Shown here: positions 12,058 to 21,988 of the stretch, in pieces
How positions within the stretch are numbered: the first letter of the stretch is position 1
Layout of the letters: every line of letters begins with the position of its first letter
Origin: Lophium mytilinum
Taxonomy: Eukaryota
DNA length: 64,000 bases
Reading direction: 5' to 3'
NCBI GenBank assembly: GCA_010093605.1
Contig: MU004186.1
Span: forward strand, 637,765-701,764
The notes under the pieces: model-generated
Told to the model about the DNA's origin: nothing
Database searches by the model: none
Seen by the model: only the letters and a program-made list of their open reading frames with translations
Position numbers and translations under genes: made by a program

Positions 12058-12558
12058 TATGTATTGAAAAGCGCCATTCGTCGCCGAAGCAAGCCTAGGC
12101 AGCCACGTGTACGCCACCGTCGTGGGAGAAGCCCGAAGGTGGCTGGCTGGAAGACCTGGCGTGCCTGGCTGTAGTCCAGAACGAGCAAGCGACTCTTAAT
12201 CGACGCGGTACCTGGGGGCATTGTAGCGCTAAAATTCTTCGTAACTATAGCGCGTGCGCTTGTCAAGCCCACGGGAAGTAGCTCAGGGACAAGCTTTGCG
12301 CCCAGAGCGTTGCGCCCAGCCGACTCTTCGAGATGGGGAGCTACTGGGAGCCTGTGAGCCTGCCACCGTTGACAGCCATGGAATCAGGGGGCAAAGTCTT
12401 CAATATCCGCAAGTAATCCCCGTACAGGATTTTTACGCGTCCAGGGAGTTAGCGCGCAGATCAAGCCACAAAGTAGCCGCTGAACAGTAGCATTGTTGTG
12501 AAAGTGACGCCTCATAGCCTCGAAGTACCGTCCTTTTAGCAAAATAAGCTCCGACCGG

Positions 12559-13192
12559 TTACGAATCTGAGCGATGACCGGCGCGTTCCCAGGGCGTGTC
12601 GGGTTTCCGCCCTCTACCTCTAGGCTCTTCGTCTTCTCCATCTGATTCGTAGTCTCCACGTCGTAACCGGGCGAGTACAGTGTCCGCTATCCGTTGTCGC
12701 CTATGGTCTTGACGTCGTTTCCGAGCGTCATAACTCATCGCTTCCTCTTCCCTATCTTCCTCTTCGTTGCCAAGAAGAACTTCAAAATTAGCTGCGGCTT
12801 TGTCTTTCTCTCTTTGACTCCTTTCCCCTTTTTGAAATTGAAGGTAGTATTTTCTTCCTCTCAGCCTCAACTGCTCGTAATGGGAAATCGATCGATTCGG
12901 AGAATTAGGAGAACTCGGAGAACTCGGAGAACTAGGAGAACCGCCTATATCCACCTCCTTTCCGCGGATCTCGCCCAGAATCTCTGAAACCGATCTTTGC
13001 CGCATAGCTCCAGACGAAACACGAGTCAGCTGGCGCGGCGACCGGATTGTCGATTGGTCATCCTTCGTTACATGGCCATGCGCATCTTCTACTTCGACAT
13101 AGGCGTGAGTGGGCTTACCACCAAGGCTAGCCTCAATTCCCTTCAATGTCTCACTAGGTGCGCCTAGTAGGTGTGGGAAGTCGTTGTCGGAA
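12559..13192 (-). pseudogene. Original C-terminal ~210 codons of the large chimeric gene, cut off by the MITE at 13195-13398
   Basis: Removing the MITE plus one TA joins ...AATRA-Y-SDNDFPHLLGAPSETLKGIEASLGG... in frame with ORF 12559-13146. Confidence 0.75.
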
Positions 13193-13194
13193 TA

Positions 13195-13398
13195 CAGCAG
13201 TTCACTACGTCCGGTGACCTAGCGCGAAAACTGAGACGACCCCAGTCGACCACTTTTCCGGGCTAATGGTGATTTGGCTCAAAGACTGATTGGCTAGGAG
13301 GCTGCTAATTACCCTTAAGGCCGGCCGGAAAAGCTACCTTAAATGGTAAGTCTGTGGCTTGATTTTAGCGCTTGTTCACCGGACGTGGTGAACTGCTG
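13195..13398. mobile_element. 204-bp TA-flanked MITE with ~24-bp TIRs, inserted in the last exon of the chimeric gene
   Basis: TA|CAGCAGTTCACTACGTCCGGTGA ... TCACCGGACGTGGTGAACTGCTG|TA. Confidence 0.9.
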
Positions 13399-16300
13399 TA
13401 TGCTCTGGTGGCAGCATCTCTAGGATCGGTATTTTCCTCGACCTACGACATAACGTTAGCTCAGCTCTCAAGCGCTCGGTCCCCAGCAGTTTCGGGGTCC
13501 TGAGTCGCCTTTGGCGCAAGCAGTGGCAGGCGGCGATGGATAACCTACAATTTTAGAGTGGCAATACGGGCAGAATGCCCCGTCCTCAACTCTAGAATCG
13601 GTGTTTTCCTTGACCTAGGATATAATGTTAGCTAGCTCTTGAGAGCTTAGTCTCCAGCCATTTCGGGGTTCTTGCTCGCCCTGAGCGCAAGCAGTGGCAG
13701 GCAGCTGTGTGAACTAGGCTTTGTTGGATAACTTACAATTTTGGAGTGGCAATACGGGCAGAATGCCTCGTCCTCATGTCTGGAATCGATGTTGTCCTCG
13801 ACCTAAAACATGATATTAGCTCAGCTTTGAAGCGCTTGGTCCCCAGCAATTCTGGGGTTCTTGCTGGCCCTTGGTGCGCAAGAAGTGGCAGACAGTGGCG
13901 CGAAGTCAACATCTCCGGACAACTTACAATTTCCGTGAAATCAGAGTGGCACTTGGGGCATGAGAGCCCGTGCTCGTCGCTGTACCATTCGTTTTTGCAT
14001 TCGTGACAGAACATCAAGTCGCGCGCAGCTGTCTGTGGCTGTTGCGCCAGCTGTTGAGGTGATCGGTTCATGTTGGGCCGGACTTCATCACCTGTGATAT
14101 TGTCGTCTACCGTCTTCTTTAAGCTGCCAACCGGAAGGCTGCCCTTCCGATATTCGGCGCCCATCCTCTTCCACTCTGCGACATTTGGTACTCCAGCATT
14201 CTCAATAGCTTCATGGGCGTTAGGAATGATTTGTAGGGTTTCCATGTCCCGCATCTCTAGATACGATAACGGAATCAAGCCGGGGCCTCCCAGGCGAGTA
14301 ATAGGTTTCGCAACGACCCACTCCTTGTTAGATTGCGCGACGATAATGACGGCTTCACCGTTGGTAACGTCCATTTCGTCGGGCCCCGCGGCTTTGAAAT
14401 CGTATAAGACCTCCCCATACAAGGTGGCCCTGGGATCGGGTTTGGGCGCCGGCTCCAAGTGATCAGTCTCAGTATCTCTTGACGGTAGCCCTTGTTCCTC
14501 CTGTTCGCTTGCTTGCTGCGTGTCGTTTTCCTGGAGCTCAAGCTCAGCAAGACGCTGTCGCATCTGATTCTCGAGTTCCTCTTCTTGCTTCTTCTTCTTC
14601 TTAGCCTTCTCCTCCTCCTCCTTAGCCTTCTGCTCTTGAAGGAAAGCCTCCCAATCGGCCTTCTCCTTATCTTCCTGCTTCTTTTTTTCCATCTCAAGCT
14701 GAAAGATGAGCTCCTCTTTCTGCTGCTTGGCCTTTGCTGCGTCATCCGACTTCTTCCTCTCATACTCGGCAATGGCGCGGTCGCGAGCCTCCTTGGCCTT
14801 TGCTGCGTCATCCGACTTCTTCCTCTCATACTCGGCAACGGCGCGGTCGCGAGCCTCCTTCGCTTCAGCCTCCTCTTCGGCTTTCTCCTTCTGGTAGGCA
14901 TCGATAAGACGCTGTCTTTCCTTTTTCTCCTCCTCATCTCGTTGCTCTATCTTCTGATTATATTCGGCGATGATTCGTCCCCGCTCTTCATCTCGGTCTT
15001 TCGCTCGCTGCTCCCTCGCCCTTTCATCCCTCCCCTGCGTCAGCTTCCCGTCCGTGTATCTCGCTGTCTCTTCCCTGGTACGGTCTTTGGGGTCGTCTGC
15101 ATCTGGTTCGTTGCGGAAGTTTCCATCGAGTTGATCATCTCGCCTGGCTTCATTCTCAATTGCTTCCTGGGCGTAAGGATCGCCTCCTGCTTCTACGCCG
15201 TCGACTTCAATGTTGTAATCGCCTCCCAAAGGCCCAAAGGCACCAGTGTCTTCTGCGTGAAGGAATGAATCGAAGTCGAAATTTTCGGAGACATCAGGTC
15301 CATCGACTGGTGGGAAATCGAGGCTGTTAAACTATTCATTATCAGTGCTGTCGTCAAATCTCGTGATAAAGCGAATCCTACTTCTTCGCCCAGGCTTCCG
15401 AACGGAGCCCTAGGATTGTCCATAGGAGGTTGTTGTACTTGAGGTGCAGGTGCCGCAACGGACTGTTGCGATTGCACGTTGCCCTGTTGCCCGTTCTTCT
15501 GGCTTGGGTTGAACAAGTCCGCCCCCGGATTGTCCATGCGGAGGTTTCCCTCGAGTTGATCATCTCGTCTGGCTTCATTGAAGACCGATGAAGTTTCAAG
15601 GCTTCGTTGTGGTTTCTCCTTAGAGCTAGTTTGCTCTGCCCTTGCCACAGAAGCCGTCGCCGGTAAGACTACCCACTTAGGCATTTCCTCGATTTTCCTA
15701 ACTATGTGCCTTTGCAGTGCCAGTGCTGACTCATCGTTTCGGTGATACTTCTGCAACATGCGCGCTACATCATCCACAAAATCGCTCGTAGCCAAGTAAC
15801 CGCCACTCTTGAGCTTCTGTTCCATGGTCACCAGATCTAAAGGCTGTTTGGTGAGATCGAAGCCACGCGGAACTGCATCACCGATTACTGGCACCAGGAA
15901 AAGCCTCGCGAAGGACTCCGTTTTCATCTCGTCGAGAAGCTTGACCAAATCATTGTAGCTAGATCCAGATTGAGTAGCGTGAGTCGAAGCATTGTCGTTA
16001 CCTTCCTCATCTCCGTCCGAGTCGTCTATGGGCTTTACTTTGTCATGGTCATATTCGGCAGGATCTCTCCAAGCAGCCATAGTTTTGATTCCCCCTTCAA
16101 GCTTCCCGTCGAAGTGTGCAAGAAGATGGTCGTTCCGAGAATCCCAAGATCCAAAGTAATTGCCGCACAATCCGCATCTCCGGCTAAAAGTCGCCGCATA
16201 ATCTTGCTTCGATTGCTCTACTACCTCGTCCGCATCGGCATCAGGGTGGGTGTCTTTGATGTGTTGTAGCATCTTGTCGCGGCTACCAACGACGAACATC

Positions 16301-19300
16301 TTTTGGGGAGAGGCAGTCCTGCAGATCTCACATACCCAAAATTCCTGTGGCCAATGGGTTTCCTCGTGCTTTTTCCAATCGAACGCGTTTTTAGTTGTGT
16401 ATCCGCAGAGAACTGTAGACATATACTGTCCCCTCCTGGCCGTCCCAGGACAATCTTCTCTTGTACTGTTCCTGACACGCTCCGCGTACTTTTCGATAGC
16501 TTCACGAGCGTTTTGGGACACGTAGTCATAAGGAATAGTGTCCTCTGGCGACACGTTTCTTTTTCCAGTTCTTTCTTTGGCATCAGCCGGAAAGTCGAGG
16601 GGTTTGTCGAGATCAGTATCTGAGAAGAGTTCGTTAAGATTCTGACGTACAGCGTCAGTTGTTCGACGGTCGGTGCGCTCGAAGCTGCCCTCTTTAGTAG
16701 CGGCCTGGGTGGAGGAGGTATCCGTGGCTTTGGCCGAGTCGAGTATGCTTCCAGCCACTTCCTTCGTACCATCTGCGGCTGCTTTTTCCGCTACTTCTTC
16801 TTCCGACTTCTTGATCTTGGCACATAGCTCGGTATCCGGGAAGTGGTAAGTAAAGTCAACCTTCAAGTAGGGGCCACGAAGTAACGACTTAGCGGTAGGG
16901 CGTTCAGAAGGGTCGCTAAAGGCCATCCAATTAGCTCTGGGTACGGAGTGACGCCAATCTGACTTGAAGACTTACACCGTAAAGCAATCATAAAGAAACG
17001 CAATGCCATCCATACTAGCCGCTGCCATCACATCGTCGGGTATTGGTGGTGCTTCGCTGAGAGAACCAAGCTTGTAGATCGCAGCAACAGCCTCTTCTTT
17101 AGACCACGGTCTACGACCCGCCATCATCTCTAGCACGATGCATCCAAGGCTCCATATATCGGTCTTGTCAGAGTAGCCCTTCCCTGAACTACGGACAACT
17201 TCTGGCGCCATCCAGAATACGGCACCCGTCATATCTGAGGACTCTTCGTCGGGCAAGTCGCTCATTCTGGAGGTGTCGAAGTTAAGGCAAAGCTTGCAAG
17301 TACCGTCTCTTGTGTCGAGCTGTATTTCGTCTGCTTTGAGGCTCCTATGGAGGACGCCCTCACGATGTAGATACTCAAGCGCCTCTGTTGTCTGTCTAGT
17401 GACGTTACGAGTGACAGAATCTTCGAACTTGCCATATTTCCGAAGGAGAACTCCAATGGAAGAGCCTGGCACGTATTCTTCAAAGACTGTGAAACTACTT
17501 TTGCTCTCCTCTTGACCCAGGATCTGCACCAGGTTAGGGTGGTCAAGGTAAAGATAAAAGGTGTCGATTTCCATAGCCAGTCGCTTCTGGTACTCCTTTG
17601 ACCTGACGGCATACTCTTTCACTACAAGGAACTCTCCGCTTGTCATGTTGATGCCTAGATAAGCCCGGCAATGTGGCCCTTTGCTTATCATTTGTCCTTT
17701 TCTCCACGTGAGAGTCTTACCTTTTTTGTTGGTAGTGAGATGAGTGGTATCCGAACCCGAACCGTCTTGTCTCGATGCTGATGTTTCCGAGGCATTCGTT
17801 ATACTCCCCGCTTCTTTCATTCTGCCTGCACTAAAGTCCAGTTTATTCTCAAGTCCGACATCTGATGGCACTTCCGGCACCTTCTGGGACGGTTCACCAG
17901 CACTTGCATTGCCATAGCTGCCGGGTGGTCGCAGGGGAACCCCGAAAAGTGAGTCATTGCTTGACCCCCCAAAAAGTGAGTCGGTGCTTGACCGAGCATC
18001 TGGATTTTCAGAGACGCTGGAGGATTGTGGGGGAGGCTCAGGAAACGTTAGAGATCCTTTTGACCAAGAATTTTGAGATCCATGACTGCGCGCTTGCGGT
18101 GCATTACTGCTGGCCTGCGAGTCTTCATCTCTAGCACCACTCCTCGGTAAGGAAAAGCAGGCGATTGCCTCTAGATGATAGGCTAAGTGAGTTTGCATGC
18201 TCTCATCCGACGGGAGTTGCACTAAACAAAACGGGCACTTCTTCCGCTCGTCTATTAGATAAGTCTCTGCGACTTCTGCAACGTCAGCTACCTGCTCGTC
18301 GGTCATATCCTGCGGATGGTGCGACTTGAGGTGGTTTCGAAATCCGTCAGCTGAGCCAAAAACCGCGCCGGAATGCTCGAAACATTGCCAGGCTTTCCGG
18401 TGCGCGGATCCTTCGTGTTCAAGCCACTGGCGTCGGCTACTGAACATAGTATTGGACTCCGCACAGTCCGGATAAGTGCACATGTATGGTTGTAAGTCTT
18501 GAATGATATGAGCCCTGGTGGTTTGTGAGTACGGGCCAAGTGATATAACCCAAATGCGAGCCAAACGTACCTCCAAGATCGTCCCGTCCCGTGCCTAGGA
18601 GGACAGAGGACCATGCAGTACGGACAGACAAATCCAGATCCGGTACCAGCCCCTGGAGGGGGTGGGGGTAGATCAACTCCTTTCCCATCGAAATTGTACA
18701 CCGTGGTAGCATAAGAGACAACGGATTGAGTCTCCAGGAGGTCATCAAGCTTTTTGTCATAAGTAGTCGCCTCCGTCCCAGAGAAGATGGATCTCGAAAG
18801 AACGCTAGGCGTGGCGTCAAGCCTAATGAGCTTTTCGCGAACTGTCAGTCCGCCAGTGTCTAGGCCACGAGATTGGTGTTGCCGGGCTGACTGACTTTCT
18901 CCATCATGGTGTTGTTCGAAGGGTGTGTGGGCCGTAGCAAGTTTGCTTCCATGTCTTTTCCAATACCTGAACTGCTTACGCCGCCGAGTAATAGCTCGAC
19001 CCAGTCGATCTATCAGAAAAGAATTTTCGACTTCATCGCTAGAGCTAGACTTTTGCAGGCTATGTAGCAGCTCGGAGACGTAAAGAGAATCAAAGACTGC
19101 GTACTGGGAGTACAGCTCCACGCCAGTATCTGGGTCTACCTCGGTATATGTTGCAGTTTTTCTCGTTTTTGCTCTTGTCGTAGTGCTTCGTATCTTGAAA
19201 GACAGCTTATAAAGGTCTGCTATGATGTTGTTGATGCTTGATAAGCGCTGCCGCAGCTCTGATCTAGGAACAGCAGGCTCGTCTTCGGAATCCTCACTGG

Positions 19301-19664
19301 AAGTTTCGGAAGCCTCATCGTCGTCGTCAGAATCGCTTGTCTGCGTTTGTAGCTCGAAAGGTAATCTCGATCCTGATACAACCGCCGCGCTCTCGTCTAG
19401 ATTGCTTCGAAGCTGGTCTAGGAGCTTGATGACGTGCGCCTGCATGACACTTGATTCTCGAAGCCGGAAGTCCAAGGAGCCATGGCCTTGCTGAAGTGCC
19501 CCGAGGTTCCCCAGCCAAACCTTGTAACGACCGTGGTTCTCTTCGACTAGACTCGGGGGCATGTGGTCGAGGAGCTCCGGCTTGATACCAGGCTCGGTAA
19601 GTGCTTTGCGCAGCATCCCGAACAAACGGAAGCATGCTGCGCTGGCATCGTATATGGAGGCCAT
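13365..19664 (-). CDS. Large chimeric multidomain protein (~1,926 aa): helical N-terminal domain, C2H2 fingers, Bck1-like pseudokinase, second C2H2 cluster, Gcn5-like bromodomain, Som1-like segment, coiled coil, Bem1-like SH3-CI, RING-E3-type zinc ribbon plus duplicated CxxC micro-exons. Exons 19664-18571, 18514-16976, 16915-15382, 15331-13928, 13802-13737, 13614-13549, 13442-13365
   Basis: All six introns have GT(A)-donors and YAG acceptors, and each junction keeps the frame between ORFs 18303-19664, 16972-18576, 15193-16926 and 13733-15229 (checked by codon phase). Domain calls come from recognisable motifs. Confidence 0.8.
13420..13945. repeat. Tandem triplication of an intron+exon unit (~172-190 bp)
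   Basis: Three copies of intron GTA(A/G)GTT...TGCCACT(G/T)CTTGCGC...CCCC(G/A)...GCTAA(C/T)...TAG followed by exon GTC(G/A)AGGA(C/A)AA...CGAT; two complete 66-nt exons ending TTCTGCCCGTATTGCCACTC(C/T)AAAATT. Confidence 0.9.
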
Positions 19665-20148
19665 AAAGAGTGTTCGTAATGCATCAAATCTCCGAGCGGG
19701 CTCTTACAGCCCTTCTGGGTTTGTTGTGGTTGGCAAAGGCCCGTCTGGCGAGGCTGTGGTGGGATGAAGGATGCTTGGCCGCTGAGTCGAAATAGCAGGG
19801 GTACTAAAGCGGAACGAGCTATGCCTCTTTTGGCGACATTCACGTGAGATATATTTCTCTGAGGCCAAGAAAAACCGACATCAAAGGGTTTATGCTTGGA
19901 GAAACAATTTGTACTGACATGGATCATTCGACGCCTTTTTAGGTGGGCAAATTCGCAAACGAAAGTTGAAAGTTTTGTGCCCTTTTCAGCCCCCACCCAC
20001 GCTTTGCCGAGACGACGTTACGAAGCAAATCGCCTCTCCAAAACTCAGCCGTGCCACCTTTCCAAGTCAGCGTCCCCCGAGCGAAGGCTGAAATGGGCGT
20101 TCTGTTACGCCAGTCTCCGTCAGTTCTCCGAAGTCTGCAGCTGCTCCG

Positions 20149-21988
20149 ATGTCAGGCATCGAGATCGCCGGCCTCGTCCTGGGCGCGATACCTTTGGTAA
20201 TCGCAGGCCTCGAGTATTACGAGGAGGGCCTGGGAAAGGTGAAAGCGTTCTGGAAGTGGGAAGATGAACTCTCTGAAGCTATTCGCAAGCTTTGGGGCCA
20301 GTATAGCTCCTATGAGCTCACCATTCGCGGTCTTCTTGCGTCTATCACATCAGAGGCCGAGCTCGAGGAAATGATGGGCGACACCACCGGTAAACTTTGG
20401 AAGAGCGAAGACATGTGCGAAAGACTTCAGGAGAAGCTTGCAACTGCATATCAGCCATATTTATATACCGCGTCCGAGATAGAAAGGATTATCCTAGAGA
20501 TGACAGCGTGCCTAAATCTCAACAAAGCTACCCAGGTAAGAATATTGCCGTATCACGTTTACCATCGATGTTGACAAGAAATTAGATAACCCGCAATGAG
20601 CTCGAGGCAGTAGTAATTGCCAATCCCAGGATGATGAAGAGTGGCTCTTCTCGTGACTTCCAATTTCAAAAACGGATCAAATTCACCATGAAGAAGCAAA
20701 AGGTCAAACGACAACTAGAACAGTTGGAAAGTTGCATTGCCAGGCTTGATACCTTCACTGAAAAGGCTGAGAAGCTAGAACCATACAAAAGCAACAACAA
20801 GTCGAAATTCACAGTCCCTCTCCACCGCATACAGCAATATGCCAAAAGCTTGTACCAAGTTCTGAATCGATCCTGGGGTTGTGATGCTCATGCAAGTCAC
20901 GCGATCAATCTCTTATTAGAGCAACGGATGGTGCTTGCGAAAAAGAAAATGAGAAATTTGACATCTTCAATGGACAAGAGCTCCGACGGTGTCGCTCGCT
21001 TCGTGCTGTCGATTTCTGACCCTTCCTTACCTTCTGGATGGAGAGATGCTGAGGTTCAGGTCATGGAGGAGTCGGAAGTGTCAGCAAAGTACGTATAAAA
21101 CTTCTCCGGTGAGTGACTTATACGCGCTCACGCTCTGACTCGATACACAGTAGCAAGAGTAAAGTAAAAATCGCAGTCTCCCCGCCATCACCGACCACGC
21201 AGAGTGTCACGAATGCCCTCAAGGCACTCAAGGAGATCACGAGTGTCTGCTCGGCACTACAAAATTATCCGTTCGCTACGACGTGTCCAAGATTCTACTT
21301 AGACCATGACGGCAAACTCAAAGGGATATTTGGCGCACCAAAGCGGCTCACGGTCCATGACAGCAACTTCATGACTCTAGACGAACTGATTAGGGATGGT
21401 GCTATACCTGGTACGCAGAAACTGACTAAAGAAGAGGGCTATCTGCTCGCTGTGACGCTGTCCTCTTCTCTTCTACAACTTCATTCCACACCATGGCTGC
21501 GGAGCCGGTGGAGTAAGCGAGATATCTCCTTTTTAAAACTCACCCAGTCCCAAAAAGACAACGGCGGAAACCTTGTGCAAGTCAGATACCCCTATGTAAC
21601 GCAGGAGTGGTCTCCACAAGATCTCAGCGCTCAAGATCCTCTATCCGATGTAGAAGGCGATAGCTCGAAACTCCTCGCTCTTGGGATAGTTCTTCTGGAA
21701 ATCTACTTCAACCAGCCCATTGAGAGTCTCCGTGCCAAAACATCCAGCGGTATTTCTCAACAACCAAACGATTATGAGGACCTCAGTATTGCCAATCGCT
21801 GGGTTAGACGGGAAAAAGGGAATCTATCGTGGGCCTTTCAAAATGCAGTCTCGCATTGTTTGAAGTGCTTTGCGGACCCAAACGCCGATCTTCAAGATCC
21901 AGACTTTCGCCAAGGAGTGATTGATGAGGTACTTATTCCTCTCCAGGACGAATTGTCTCTTTGGACGGATGGACCCCCAAGAGGATAG
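20149..21988 (+). CDS. Protein with HeLo-like/4-helix-bundle N-terminus and C-terminal kinase-like lobe (DUF7580-type as recalled); exons 20149-20535, 20586-21088, 21151-21988
   Basis: N-terminus MSGIEIAGLVLGAIPLVIAGLEYY; C-terminus LAVTLSSSLLQLHSTPWL..WSKRDISF, YPYV, LLALGIVLLEI, AFQNAVSHCLKC, FRQGVIDEVLIPL. Both introns preserve frame. Confidence 0.82.

Noticed and set aside
14275..15268. ORFs 14492-15268 (+, Leu-rich) and 14275-14937 (-, Arg-rich)
   Set aside because: Antisense or alternative-frame shadows of the Glu/Lys-rich coiled-coil exon.
13733..19664. Four separate genes, as the ORF track suggests
   Set aside because: The ORFs overlap only by 50-60-nt segments bounded by GT/AG, and all junctions splice in frame, so one gene is more parsimonious (still needs RNA evidence).
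13365..21988. Canonical fungal NLR
   Set aside because: No P-loop (GxxGxGKS/T) NACHT/NB-ARC domain and no WD/ANK/TPR repeats seen in either gene.
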